DNA from: Selaginella moellendorffii
Lineage: Eukaryota; Plantae; Lycopodiophyta
Length of the DNA stretch: 64,000 nt
Assembly (NCBI RefSeq): GCF_000143415.4
Contig: NW_003314327.1
Location: 25,116-89,115, forward strand
Direction of reading: 5' to 3'
The notes below the pieces were generated by a model. It made no database searches. It had not been told where the DNA came from and saw only the letters and a program-made list of their open reading frames with translations. Shown here piece after piece: positions 12,482 through 25,039 of this stretch. Position 1 is the stretch's first letter. Every line of letters begins with the position of its first letter. Both the position numbers and the translations under genes were made by a program.

Positions 12482-13477
12482 TCATACAGCGTTTTTAATC
12501 GTGGTGCTGTACGGCTCCTTTCTCCCGTCGTGCTTGACGAAATCGTAGTAGTAACTCCACAACATCACGCCGCCGTACTTGCTCGACTCCTTGATCTTCG
12601 GAAGAACCTGTTGCTTGAGAACTTTCGCGGGCATGTATCCGTCCTTGGTGGAGGGGCTGTCGGTGGCGCCGCTCAAGCTCGCCGGCAGGCCGAAGAAGAC
12701 CTTCTTCACTGGAACTTTGGTCGTCCACTTGTGCCAAGCCGCGAACACGTTGTCCAGAGTCTTCTTTGGGTTGTACTGGCAGTCGTGATTGTTGTAGAAC
12801 TGGACCCAGGCGTAGTCGAACACGCCCGTGTTGAGAGCCGGGCCGAGGAACTCGTCCGGGAACGGGCACTGCGGGGCTGCGGACAAGAGCACCGGCCTGT
12901 CTTTGGTGGAGCGGAGCTTAATCTGCTTGGCAAGCTGAGCGTAGCCGGTTTGAGTCGAGGTCATCTCCATGTCGAAGTCGATCCCGTCCAGCACTGCGTC
13001 GCCGAGAGGCCTGGAGCTGCTGTTTCCTGCTCCTCCTCCCAGAAAGTTGTTCCACAGATAGTCCGATACGGCGATGGCGTCTTTGTCCGAGACAATGCTG
13101 TAGTTGCCGTCGGCACCACCGAGCGAGAGGAACACCTTGACACCTTTGCTCTGGCAGAACTTTACGTCTTGTCCGACTGGAGCACAGTTGATAGCGCTGC
13201 CGTTGATGGCACTGCCGTTGACACCCCCGCAGTGATCAGCGAGGTCCAGCTTTGGAGCTCTCCCGTCGCCAAACACGCTGAGGAAGCTGAGCACGACGAT
13301 GCCGTAGTTCCCCGTCTCACAGGCTGTTTTGAGACTGCCTTCCTTCTCGTAAGTTCCCCAGTATACAACGACTGTGCCATTAGCCCTCTTCTTGCAGTCT
13401 ACTCCGGAAACTAAGCTAGATGCGACTAGAGTAAGCACAAGAGAAACCAAATTACTCACAAGTCCCCTGGTCTTCAT
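12482..13477 (-). CDS. Class III (GH18, hevamine-like) secreted chitinase/lysozyme, intronless
   Basis: Signal peptide, VVYWG, KVFLSLGG, LDGIDFDME (intact DxxDxDxE), AAPQCPFPD, WVQFYNN, YGGVMLWS. Confidence 0.95.
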   Translation of the reverse strand: MKTRGLVSNLVSLVLTLVASSLVSGVDCKKRANGTVVVYWGTYEKEGSLKTACETGNYGIVVLSFLSVFGDGRAPKLDLADHCGGVNGSAINGSAINCAPVGQDVKFCQSKGVKVFLSLGGADGNYSIVSDKDAIAVSDYLWNNFLGGGAGNSSSRPLGDAVLDGIDFDMEMTSTQTGYAQLAKQIKLRSTKDRPVLLSAAPQCPFPDEFLGPALNTGVFDYAWVQFYNNHDCQYNPKKTLDNVFAAWHKWTTKVPVKKVFFGLPASLSGATDSPSTKDGYMPAKVLKQQVLPKIKESSKYGGVMLWSYYYDFVKHDGRKEPYSTTIKNAV

Positions 13478-13696
13478 TCTCCTTCGTTTCCGTGGCCCTC
13501 CAGTTCCCACCTATTAGGACAGATGAGTCCACGACAAAGAGCTTAGCTTACCTCGTGCTCGAGTTTGCCTTAAGTCGTCCAAATTGCTGCACCTGTGCAA
13601 CACTGTCAAGATCGAAACTTATTTGTCGCTCGACGACCGTCTCGAAGAAGCGCTCGAAAAAGCAACACACTTTATTGGTGGCCACGTCGGGCGTGA

Positions 13697-15005
13697 CTAA
13701 AGCTGCCGAAGCTTCAACTTGCCAACGTAGTTCCTGGCCAAGTTTCCCAGATAGAGATAATCGCCGACTTCCAAGGCCGTCGTCACCAAGGCTATCGACT
13801 TCCCTGTCGGATCTTCATAGAATGCCAGCGGCACCCCATCTTCGCCAACTGCTAGAACTTTGGCCATCTTTGAGGACGTGGAGATCTTCTGCAGCACGCC
13901 CGGAAGGGCCAAGATGTGCTTCAGTGGTGCTATCTTCATTAAAGTGTCAGTCAGCCTTGTCCTTCCCTGAAGTCAGTGTCCACATGAAGTCTGATTGGAT
14001 GTTATGAAATATAGAGCAAACTTACTGCTATCAATCCAATCCAGAATCTATCTCGGCCGTTGTGTCTAATGTTGTCTGGATGTCCAGGCAAGTTATCGAT
14101 AAAAACTTCCATGGTTCCTTTTTTTTCACCTTGCAACCAGTACTTCATGCACCTCACCCTACAAACGAGGACGAACGTAAGCTGCCTGCTCAAAAGTATG
14201 GACCAACAACTTACATGGACGTCTCGCACACCACTAAAAAGTCTTGCTTCGCAGAGAGTGCAACACCATTGGCAAAATACATGTTCTTGCGCAGGACTGT
14301 TGTGGTGCGAGTTGAGGGGTCATATTTCAAAAGTCTGCCGTTCGGGCGACCCTGAAGAATATCGAAGTCAGAGGTGTTCATGCCAAACTCGTGCGTTGCA
14401 TCCGTGAAGTATATGGAGCCATCTTTTGCAACGTCCAGTCCGTCAGTTAGCCTGTTGTTCACCAAAAATATAAAGCTCAACAAGGACGTCCCAAACAACA
14501 CAAACACCTACTTGTATTTGACACCGTCGGCTTCATTGGAGAGAACTTCAAGAGCCTTATCAGCAGTAATATTCAGCAGTCCCTGCCAGAAAAGAGAGTC
14601 AGTCGGATTTGTCAAACAGTTAGGACCCACCCGGGTTGGTTCGCAGACAAGCAAATTTCCATGATGTCCCCACGCAAGTCCAAGCGGATGGCCTCCGACC
14701 TGTACCCAATTCTGGACCTCACCAGTCTCGGGAAAAATCCTCTTGATCCATCCGTCAGCGCAGCCGGTATACAGTACGCCGTTATCGTCCACAGCAATAT
14801 CTTCGGGACCAGGAAGCTCTCCCACACCAAGCTCATCCAATTCCTGGAGCAGTGTGTTGGTCGCGAACACCCCTTCCATCTTTGGAGTTGGAGGCCAGTG
14901 CGACGCCACTGGATCTATGCCCGACTTCCGAGTGATAGCCGACCATGTTGCCGACGCTGCTATGGAGATGACCAGAGCCAGAATTCCCAAAAGAGCGAGT
15001 GCCAT
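13697..15005 (-). CDS. Strictosidine synthase-like protein, copy 2, multi-exon
   Basis: Paralog of 10861-12282 with the same motifs (LPGPEDI, DGLDVAKDGSIYFTDAT, PGHPDNIR, YLYLGNL) and the same intron positions. Confidence 0.9.
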
Positions 15006-15229
15006 CTTGAGGATCTCGCCACCTGGTGTCCCCAGTTATTGAAACGGAACGGGAGGACCGGTCGTTGATGTGTAGCTAGCAGCGTGTGCGTACCCTGCGG
15101 AGCATGGCAATGGCGTGTCTGAGCAATATCAGAAACGTGACTCTCACCTTGATGGCGGAATTCAAGATTCACTCGCCCTGCACAAACAAGCAAAAACCTC
15201 AACCACCACAATCAATGGCTTAAAATCGC

Positions 15230-16774
15230 TTACCTTGAGCTTGCCTGTTGACTTATTGAATCCTTGCGCTGGACAGATGCTTGAACAGTCTGTTCTCCTC
15301 CTTCACTTCCACTACTGTCATTGCCATCGCCGTCACCTATATCACCTGTGTCCTCAACCATCTCAGAATCGTCGTCGTCATCCTCTTCGTCGAAAACTGC
15401 ACTGCCCGTATGAGCCTGAGGAGGAGCTTCCATAAACTGGACACTCATCCTCCGCTTAAACTTGTCGTCACTGCAAGCCAGGAACCAGGCAAGGCTGCAA
15501 TTGATCTTCTTCCTCTCTACCATCCGGTACCGGGGCTTTATCCTCCGTGCAAGGTCGTAAGTCAAGTAGACGGGAAATGCCAGCAGCTCTGATAATGGCT
15601 TTCTCATCTTCTGCTGGAAAAAAGCCAGGTTCGGCTTCAACGTTTCCTCCAGCTTGACCGCCAAAATCTGTGGACAATCGACAACCATCTTTGCTATGTC
15701 ACCAGCGCTGATTCCTGTTCCTTGCAGAAACTTCACCTTTTCCCCGGCCATCTTTTCGTTGATCACAAGCATCTGAGGCAGCCTCTCAAACACTCGAGGA
15801 ACGTCTGACGGTCGCAAGAAGATTTCATTCGTCAACCAGGCCGTCTTCTCTGCGAGCTTAGCCCTCAAGTCGAGCTCAAACACGTCCGGGAATCGAGCTA
15901 TAAACGATGGCAGCTCTTTCTCTTGGATCCCTGCCTGTAGTAGACACTCCACCTTTGCTTTCACATTTTCCTCCAAATCAAAACCCAGTACGTAAGGATG
16001 CTTCTCTAGCAACCTCGCTATCTCCTCCTTTGTAAACCCCAGACCACGGTAGAAATCCACCTTCCTTTTTATGTTGTTCCCGACTCTCATGCCAAGAAGT
16101 TCCGGGAACCGCGTAAGCATCGGCCCAATCTGTCGAGTGTTTACTCCAATGCTCACCAGGTATGCCACCGATGTGCTCATGGTCCCTTCTCGCTTGAAAC
16201 CAAGAACATCCGGGTAGCGTAGTAGAACCTTTGGAATATTTTCCAGGGAGATCCCATAGCCTAGCAAGTAGTCCACGATCGGCGTCAAATCTATCGCGAT
16301 GCTGGAGTAGAGGATCATCGGAAACTGCGTCAGCAACGCCGGAAGCTCCTCCGGAGTAAATCCCAGCTTGTCGAGGTAGTCGATCACTGGAACCATGTTG
16401 CGTTTAACACTACATGTAAGAACTACTGGATACCTCAAGATGTGCGCCTTCTCTAGCCCAATGCTTGCAAGGAATTCCAGCCGCTCTCGCACCACGTCGA
16501 CCGAGAGTGGAAGATCGAGTTGGTCGATGTCGCCGCCGGAAATACCCTCGCCGCGGAGGAAATCCATCACTTGCTCCCGGCATCCCTCCTCACTGCTCTC
16601 AATCTCGGGCTCCTGCACCGCCAATCCCCAGTGATCGGGAGTGTGAAGGGGAAGACGAGACGCGCGCTTGTACCTCCGCCTTGGAGCGCATTGCGATCGC
16701 ACAGCGTCGCTTGAACGAAACCCTAGGCTGCTCGCGGAGATCCTCGATGGCGGGAGAGAAAGAAATGCCGCCAT
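15230..16774 (-). CDS. mTERF4: mTERF4/BSM-like organellar transcription termination factor family protein
   Basis: Tandem mTERF repeats, the characteristic YPDVLGFKREGTMSTSVAYLVSIGV segment, a transit-peptide-like N-terminus (MAAFLSLPPS) and an acidic tail. Confidence 0.88.
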   Translation of the reverse strand: MAAFLSLPPSRISASSLGFRSSDAVRSQCAPRRRYKRASRLPLHTPDHWGLAVQEPEIESSEEGCREQVMDFLRGEGISGGDIDQLDLPLSVDVVRERLEFLASIGLEKAHILRYPVVLTCSVKRNMVPVIDYLDKLGFTPEELPALLTQFPMILYSSIAIDLTPIVDYLLGYGISLENIPKVLLRYPDVLGFKREGTMSTSVAYLVSIGVNTRQIGPMLTRFPELLGMRVGNNIKRKVDFYRGLGFTKEEIARLLEKHPYVLGFDLEENVKAKVECLLQAGIQEKELPSFIARFPDVFELDLRAKLAEKTAWLTNEIFLRPSDVPRVFERLPQMLVINEKMAGEKVKFLQGTGISAGDIAKMVVDCPQILAVKLEETLKPNLAFFQQKMRKPLSELLAFPVYLTYDLARRIKPRYRMVERKKINCSLAWFLACSDDKFKRRMSVQFMEAPPQAHTGSAVFDEEDDDDDSEMVEDTGDIGDGDGNDSSGSEGGEQTVQASVQRKDSISQQASSR

Positions 16775-17130
16775 CGCCGATAAAACCCTATATCTTGGGT
16801 TTTTCCTCCACGTGGCCACGCTTGCGACCACGTCTGCCCTAGTTCTTCCGTACACATTATATTTACCGTATGACCAAAATTTTCGAAACCTTTCTGTTAC
16901 ATATCCTCCTCTGGGTCGGCATTGCCGGAAGAGCGAAGAACCCTAATTGCGATGCAGGGAAATTCTCTCGACGGCCTCGAGTGCCCGGCTCCGCGGCCGC
17001 AGATTTGGGGGCTTTCTCGGCGCGGCAGCATGTAAGAATCGCATTCCGCATTCCGATCATGGGGTATCCGTGCTAGCGCGCTCGGGGAAGCGTCTTCCAC
17101 TCCATAGGGTTTGATCGGCGGCTATTTGCC

Positions 17131-19515
17131 ATGTACTCCGTGTCACAAGCGCAGCAATCGCAGAGCCAGCCCCAGCAGGCACAGGTAGCCGCGGCCCAGG
17201 CGGCCCAGCAGCAGTTACAGCTCCAGCAGCAACAGTTAGAGTTGCAGCAATGGAAGCAAGCGCTAATGCAGCAGGCGGCGGTGCTCCAGCAGCAGCAGCC
17301 ATTCCTTCATCCTGGTCTCATCACGGCCATGTCCCAGGTACGTGCTGATGCTTGGCTCTCTCTTTTTTTTGGAATTTTAGTTGCCATAGCTCTTGGCTTC
17401 GTGCTTGATTGTTTCTCGCTATGTTTTTATGACGATCCACTCTGTTGCAGGCTAAGGTACAACGAGATTCTTGTCTTTGGTAATCGTTTTTCGTTCTTTT
17501 TTTTTCACTGCTTTCGGTTCTGTTAAGTTTTTTTTTTCCTTCGTTGTTCTTCGTTTTCCTTTCCCCGAGAGAGGAAAGCGAGCTCTTTTAGTATTGGTTT
17601 TGTTCTTTCTTTTTTTCTTTTCTTTCTTTTTTTCTGCATTTCCTTTCATCGTTTTTTTTGCAGATTGAGCCAATTCCAAGTGGAAATCTGCCACCAGGGT
17701 TTGATGCAACTTCTTGTCGCAGTGTGTGAGTGCTTTTCTTTTTTTCTTTTTTCTTTTTTGTTGTACCAATTCAGGTATCTGTTTTCTTTTTTCAATTTCC
17801 TTTTTCTTTTTTCCTTTTGGTTGTTTATTAACTTAAAAACTATGCTGAGCTTGGGCCGTCATTGCTTTGGTTGCGGAATGATTTTGTTTCTAGTCTGATG
17901 TTCATTCCTGCTGCAGATACGTTGGTAACATTCACATCAAAGTAACGGAAGCGTTGCTTGCGGAGGTTTTTGCAACAGTTGGGCCTCTCGAAGGTTGCAA
18001 GCTTATAAAGAAAGAAAAAGTTAGTTCTGGTTTTGTCTCTATCTTGCCCTTCTCACTAACGGTATTTCGTTACCTTGCTTGGCAGTCCTCTTATGGTTTT
18101 GTCGATTACTTCGATCACAGATCAGCTGCCGCTGCGATCATTACCCTCAATGGCAAGCTAATGTAAGCGTCTCTCTTCCTCTTGCAGGCACTAAACGAAA
18201 ACTTGATGGAACAGATTTGGGCAGTCCATAAAGGTGAATTGGGCTTATGCCAGTGGGCAGCGAGAAGATACTACAGGTTGTACTTTTAATTTTGTTTTCA
18301 TTTCTCTGAGATTATCGTCTGTCCAGGACATTACAATATTTTTGTGGGTGATCTTAGTCCTGAGGTCACAGATGCAACACTCTACGCTGCTTTCTTCATG
18401 TATCCTGGTTGTTCGTAAGTGTTAATATGGTTTTCTCCATTCCATCTTTGTATAACTTTTAATTCGCAGGGACGCTCGGGTTATGTGGGATCAACGATCT
18501 GGCCGCTCTCGTGGATATGGTTTTGTGTCGTTCAGGAGTAAACAGGTGCTTACACTCCATGCTCAACGGCTTACAACCGCTCAATTTTTTTGTTATTATA
18601 GGAAGCAGAAAGGGCTATCAATGAGATGAATGGTATGCGGAAGAGATTCATTACTTTGAATGGTTTTATAGCCTCGTTTATTTTATGTAGGGAAGTGGCT
18701 TGGCAGTCGTCCTATTCGCTGTAACTGGGCAACAAAAAGCACAGGATCGCAGGAGGACGTACCAACACCAGGACCTGTTAGCGTACCTGAGCAGGTTGCT
18801 GTTGTTCAAGTACAAATGAAACAAGAGCCCAATCACGATGAACAACACGAGGATGGGGCCATGCAATTAGATGGTCCTGAAAACAATCCACAGTTTACGA
18901 CAGTATACGTTGGTAATTTAGCGCACGAGGTCAGTTGAAGGACATAACAGTTCAGTGGTTAAGACGTTTTGTGTTTTTAATTTTCCCAGGTGACACAGAC
19001 AGAGTTACATAGACAATTCCATGCTTTAGGTGTTGGAGTGATTGAAGACGTAAGGGTGCAGAAAGAGAAAGGCTTCGGTTTTGTACGCTATAGAACACAC
19101 GAAGAGGCAGCTTACGCTATTCAGGCAGCAAACGGGAGAGTGATCTGCGGGAAGTCCGTCAAAGTAAGAAAAATGTTTTCATTCGGCGTCTCACAATCTT
19201 CGTTTTCTCGTACAGTGCTCATGGGGAAGCAAGCCTACACCAGCTGGAGCATCGTCGAATCCTTTGCCTCCACCACCACCAGTTGCTCTCCCGTTGCAAA
19301 GCTTGATGGCTGCTGGGATGAATCAAGCATACTCCGCGGCGGACTTGCTGGCGTACCAAAGGCTAAGCCAATCCAGTGGAACGGGACAGGCGCTGTTACC
19401 ACTTCCTCAGCAAGGAACAAGCGGTTCTCGAGTTTTTGATGGCATCCAGCCGAGTGCTGCAGCGGCAGCAGCCTCGTTGGCGGCAGCCATGGGCCAGCAA
19501 CACATGTTCTACTGA
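17131..19515 (+). CDS. UBP1: Oligouridylate-binding protein 1 (3 RRMs, TIA-1-like), multi-exon
   Basis: Q-rich N-terminus, [94 protein letters not shown] at 19513-19515. Confidence 0.95.
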
Positions 19516-20758
19516 AAGTAAGCTCTAGTTCTTCTACTGCATTTGATCTCAATAACTGTGGACTTTGCTACGTTTGTTTTCAGGAGCGTTGTCCAGCATT
19601 TGTGGCTGCTGCCTGCACTGATAGGTAGCTCTAGCAGCTTATTTGTACGTCCTTTTTTTTTTCGTTTTTCTCTTTTCTCTTTTATTCTGGTTTGTATCAC
19701 TAACCGAAGAGACTAATTTGCGAGTGATTGAGTTTGCTCTCTCTCTTTTCTTCTACCAGTATAGGAAAAGGTGAACGAAAGCGAGCCTTGATAAGTTGCG
19801 ACAAAGAGACTGTCGAGTGGACAGTTTGGATAGCGCAGCTCAGTTCTTCTGGGAGCCATGGATTGAATGCGAAGATGGCGACTTTACAACACATAGCTAC
19901 TACTATACATGAAGAGCCAGCGCGGAAAAAAGAAAGAAGAGCACGCTCGTTTTCTCGATCGAAAAGGCTTAAATGCGAAACGGGAAGAAGCTCTCGCTAT
20001 AAATGCGTGCTGGTTTTGGATCGATCCGATCGGATCCCGCCAAGATTCCCAGAGATTCCCTGGAGAGCTGGTAACGGCAGCGTGTAATAAGAGGGGGAGA
20101 GTTCCTCAGCAACGGCCGAGATCGTCGCTGGCTGGCAATGCCGCCCATCCTAGCCGTTGAAAAGCGATTGAGATTAAGTGAAACAGTGAACCATAGCTTT
20201 TTTGGCATCGACCAATGCTTTGCAAAGAAATTGATCAAACAATTTGCACGGGTTGAGTAAAATAAAGGGAACATCATCAAACATTGAGCGGACGATAGCG
20301 ATGATCGTCGAAAGCTACGTGTATTTGCAAGATGCCGGAATCTTCCTTGGTGACGTCCGTGACGGGTCTCCAACAGCCAGTACCGGCAGTAGCCGGTGGG
20401 TGGCATTGGCCCAGACGGGCGGTGACCGGTGGCGCCGGTGCTTCCTCCCCCCTGTTTTTTGAAACTAAAGTGGAGGAGCGCTGGGCGCTGGCTTTGATTC
20501 TTTTTTTCTTCTCTCTTCCTTCCTTCGAGGAGCTCTGGTCGATGCTATGGCGCGCGTCGTGGAGGCGCCGGAGGGCGGCGGCTTGTTCTAGCGGATCGCT
20601 GACGCTGTAGCATTTGGAAAGGAGCTATGGCGATCGATCTGTGTGTGAGCTAGCGGCATTGATCGAGGTAAGCACGGCGTAGCGAAATATCGCTCCCAGC
20701 GATGGTTAAGGCGCCGCTGGCCATGGATCGATGACCCTGGAGGAGTATCGAGATCTCG

Positions 20759-22832
20759 ATGGAAAGCAGCAGGCTGTGGTGGGGAAGAAGCGCCGGAGTG
20801 CTCATCGGCTTCTTGTTCTTGGCACATTTGGCAAGCGGGCTGAGACCACTGCTACCCTATGGCACCGAGTTCGTGAAGAATCCCACCGGCTTGTTACGGA
20901 GGTCTCTCGAGGATGGGGCGTTTTCACCAGATTTCTCTCCAGCCTCTGGACCTTCTCCGCTGCCACAAGAAGCCTCGGCAATTAGTCCATCTGGGGGTAC
21001 TTTGCAAGGTTTGTGATTCTATTTTTTTTTCTTTTGCGAAGGTCGATGTATCCTTATCCAAAATTTCTTTTCTTTTCTTTTCTTCCAGCTCCGATCGGTG
21101 CTAGTGATAGCGGACACAGTGATGGTGGTGGCCATCACATGAGAAAGGGTGTCCTTGCCGCAATCATCCTCGTGCCCACGCTGGTTTGTGCCTCTATACT
21201 TTTGTCTTCGTACATTTCGCTGGATTCTCTCCGACCCCGGCTAGCGAAAGTTTTTGGGAAAGATGAAGGCTATTCCGACCCTCCAACGCCTCTGCCCCCT
21301 TATCGTAAGCTTTTCCTGATTGTGAAGGTAGAGCTGACTGGATTCTGGCAAATGTAGATGGCGGTGGGGGTCCAGTTCAAATCAAAACGAAGCGTTCCGA
21401 TGAACCGGCAAAGCCAGCTCAAGTTATGGATTACAAAATGCTGGAAAGTGCCACTGACAGATTCAGCGAGGAGAATCTCATCGGGGAGGGTGGATTTGCT
21501 CGAGTGTACAAGGCCCAGCTGGATGATGATCATGCCATCGCAGTGAAGAAACTATCCACCGAAAATGATCAGGCTGACGAAGAGTTCCGGGTTGGTATCG
21601 TGCATTATTTGTCCGAACGACTCTGATGGTTGCTGTGGCTCTTTCTGCTTTCTTTCAGGCCGAGATTGATCTCATGGGGCGAATTCATCATCACAACTTA
21701 ATAGCTCTTCTTGGTTTCAGCTCGCAAGGAGAAGACCGACTTCTCATTTATGAGTTGATGACAAATGGTTCACTGCAGGACCAGCTTCAAGGTGAGAGGA
21801 CTGAGCTCCTCGTACCATTTCCTTTAACTTCGTGGCTTTCTCCAGGGCCTGCCCAAGGAGCTGCTCTCACCTGGCATTTACGCCTCAAAATTGCCCTTGA
21901 CGCAGCCAGGTTGGTTTCCAATTTGAACTTCGCTTTCCGGCATGACTTTGTTTATTCGTAAAGTGCAGAGGACTTGAATACCTTCACGATCACTGCGATC
22001 CACCAGTCATCCACAGGGACTTCAAATCTTCTAATATACTCCTAGACGAAGACTTCAATGCAAAGGTTCGTCGCCATGTCAATTCGAAGCTATATGTTTA
22101 CATTTTCTTGCCTTGTTTGTTTACTTGCAGCTATCCGACTTTGGTCTTGCTCTGATGGTACAAGAAGGCGCCGGCAGCCTTCAACTGCAAGGCACATTTG
22201 GCTACGTTGCTCCAGAATACATCCTCACTGGTCAAGCCTTGTGAATTTTTTTATCTTTCTTTCGCTGTCACCTCACCTTCCTTTGAAAACGCAGGAATTC
22301 TCACGGAGAAGAGTGACGTCTATGCATTTGGCGTTGTGCTTCTGGAGCTCATCACCGGGAGAAAACCCATTGACGTCTCAATGCCAACAGGGTGCCAGTC
22401 GCTTGTGACATGGGTATGACGTCTCGAGATTTTCCTCTTGCGGAGACTTTCTGTGCATCAACCTACTGCCACTTACTTGCAGGCCACGCCGCAACTGACC
22501 GACCGCACCAGGCTTCCCCTCATTGTGGATGCTGCGATCAAGGATACTGTCAACTTGAAGCAACTCTTCCAAGTAAGTGCGCTTCCTCTTTTCGGTTTTG
22601 GTTTGTTTGTTGCCAGTGCTGGCTGACTTGATGATTCTAACGCAAGATTTGTGTGTAGGTCGCTGCTGTTGCTGTTCTATGCGTCCAGTCGGAGCCAAGC
22701 TACAGGCCTTTGATTGGAGACGTGGTGAACTCTCTGATCCCGCTGGTCCCTTGCGAGCTGGGTGGTGCTTTGAGGGCGATTGATCCGGCAGGAGCCACTG
22801 CGGCAAACTCCCACTCCCAACACGGCGTGTAA
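20759..22832 (+). CDS. Receptor-like protein kinase with short ectodomain (At1g80640-like), multi-exon
   Basis: Signal peptide, TM ([13 protein letters not shown]), [63 protein letters not shown] at 22830-22832. Confidence 0.9.
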
Positions 22833-23028
22833 AACAAAGGATGTGAGTAACCATGCGTAGAATGCAACAATTTTGTAGAGAAGCATGGCTATATGAAATA
22901 TTCCACATTTAAATAAAAACTCTTCTTCCTCTAATGCGTGTTACAACTTCGTCACCGTCGATCAAACGCGATCCCAACCGTCTATGTTTACCCGTTAGGG
23001 AGAAGCTAGGTCAAAAAATTGGCGAGCG

Positions 23029-23964
23029 ATGGTGGCGTGCGAGTTTGGGGACGACGATTGTCGTGAGCTCCTCAAGCTGTACAGGCGGGGTGAGAAGCTG
23101 GGATCTGGCGGCCAAGGGCAGGTCTACTTGTTAAGTGCTCGTCACAAGGCTGGCAAGAAGTATGCGGGGAAATTGGTTGAATCGATGTGGAATGCCGAGA
23201 ACGAAGCTCGGCTCATGTCCAAGCTTTGCGTCTGCCCTGGAGTCGTCGCCTTTGAGGATTTCGTGAGGGAGAGAGAGGCCGGGAGGTGCTATGGGACCAT
23301 TGTTATGGAGCTTTGCGGCCCTAGCTTGGCAGAGCGATTGATCCAAGGCAGGGCAGTGACTGAGGAGGAAGCAGCCAAAACTATTAAAACGCTAGCAGAA
23401 ACGCTCAAGTGGATGCACTCGAGAGGGGTTGTCCACCGAGATCTCAAGCCTCATAACATCTTTGAGAGGCTCAATGCCACTGCAGTGGACGAAGTGGTGA
23501 TTGGAGATTTTGGCATGGCCACAGACAAGCAGTGGGATATGTGGCAGTACTGTGGAACAGCAAAGTACATGGCACCCGAGATGGTAGCAGTGAAGAGTGA
23601 TGGGGCTCGAGGACCACGAGCAAGCTACACGGAGGCCGTGGACGTGTGGGGGTTGGGAGTCATTGCGTACGAGCTGCTGAGAGGGTATCGAGCGGGAGTC
23701 GAATTTGATTTTTTGAGAGCCGGAGCATTCCCGAGTGGTTTTGCATCGTGTGAAGCAGAGGATCTCATCCAGGGAATGCTAGCTGTGGAGCAGAGGAAGA
23801 GGGTGACTCTGGATGCTGTGCTTGCGCATCCCTGGATCGTCAAGCATTGTGGTAGTGGGGAGGTCTTGGCGAGAAGGGCAAATAGAAGGCATTGTGGAGT
23901 GAAAAGAAGATCTTCTGGCATCGGCGGCGATTTAATCGGGAAAAAATTTTTAGTGGGATATTAA
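23029..23964 (+). CDS. Intronless CAMK-group Ser/Thr kinase, intact copy 1
   Basis: GSGGQGQV, YAGK, HRDLKPHN, DFG, YMAPE and DVWGLG are all present in a 311-aa ORF. Confidence 0.88.
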   Translation: MVACEFGDDDCRELLKLYRRGEKLGSGGQGQVYLLSARHKAGKKYAGKLVESMWNAENEARLMSKLCVCPGVVAFEDFVREREAGRCYGTIVMELCGPSLAERLIQGRAVTEEEAAKTIKTLAETLKWMHSRGVVHRDLKPHNIFERLNATAVDEVVIGDFGMATDKQWDMWQYCGTAKYMAPEMVAVKSDGARGPRASYTEAVDVWGLGVIAYELLRGYRAGVEFDFLRAGAFPSGFASCEAEDLIQGMLAVEQRKRVTLDAVLAHPWIVKHCGSGEVLARRANRRHCGVKRRSSGIGGDLIGKKFLVGY

Positions 23965-24289
23965 AACCAGCAGTATGGATATCGTTTTCCAAGTTTTCAA
24001 GAACAGTTAAAGTTAATTTTTATTTTTTTGCTTTTCCAGAAATCGGTATTGAGAACAATGATACTGGATGAACAGCATATGAAGAATAGAAAAATGAATA
24101 GAACGAGAGCACTGATAAAGTTGATGAAGGGGCTTTTCTCTTCCAGAAAACTTCATTCAGGTGGAAGACATTTTCGAAAAAACATCCTTCCACCACAAAA
24201 TTCAATATATAGAAAGAAAAATTCAAAACCAAAGACGACATCGTTACGTACCGCGACATGAACTCTCGCCCACACAAGGCCACGATCAT

Positions 24290-24825
24290 GAGCGCGCTCG
24301 CGGCACCGTCGGCTCTCGCGGATTTTGGCAATCCACACCCGAGCTTTCGAGCCACTCCAGCGGTGGAGTCCGCACTCGCGAGCTTGCACGCCATGGGATG
24401 CTGTTCGAGAAGAACCGCGAGAAGGATCTAGTCTCTAGGATGGTGGCAGCGTGCGCGCAGCACGGAGATGGGTCCGAGGCCCTCACGCTGATCCACCAGA
24501 TGGAGCTGGAGGGGATCTCCCCGAATGGAGTGACGCTGTCGGGGTGCTCGCATCATGCTCCCACGCCGGGCTGCTCGAGCTGGGGATGTTCTATGCCCTC
24601 CACACCGCCGGAGCAGCTTCACCACAAACCCGTAGTGCTCGCTCTCCACCGCCACCCCGTGCTCGCGTCTCAGCCACCCCCGCTGCTCCACAGTATGCCG
24701 CTGGAGCCGTGACGCACACGAGGAGGTGAGCCCCGCGGACCATGTCGCATGGGAGTTGGATCCCGGCGACGCTGCGTCTTACGTGCTCCTCGCCATGCAT
24801 ACTCAGCGCGGGAATTTTTGTGGTC
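24290..24825 (+). pseudogene. PLS-class PPR gene remnant (block copy A)
   Basis: KDLVSRMVAACAQHGDGSEALTLIHQMELEGISPNGVT, VLASCSHAGLL and LLHSMPLEP, with frameshifts. Homologous to 41130-41420 and 47700-48115. Confidence 0.75.
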
Positions 24826-25039
24826 GGGGTAAAGTATTCTTCCTTGCCAACTTATGGTGATCTCATTTTCCCAGCGGAGCCTTCTGCTTGAAAGAAGAAG
24901 ATGCGCAGAAGCAAAACAATGGTGGATGACTCTCTCACTCTGCTTTATCATATATACATGATCAACAGTTGTGGCTATCCTACAGTGATGTGGCAACTCA
25001 TGCCACGTAGACTCTCATAGAGCGTATATCTCCAACACT

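Noticed and set aside
12530-13414. 294-aa plus-strand ORF
   Set aside because: Antisense shadow of the GC-rich chitinase CDS.
17452-17898. Lys-rich and Phe-rich ORFs
   Set aside because: Translation artefacts of the T-rich UBP1 introns.
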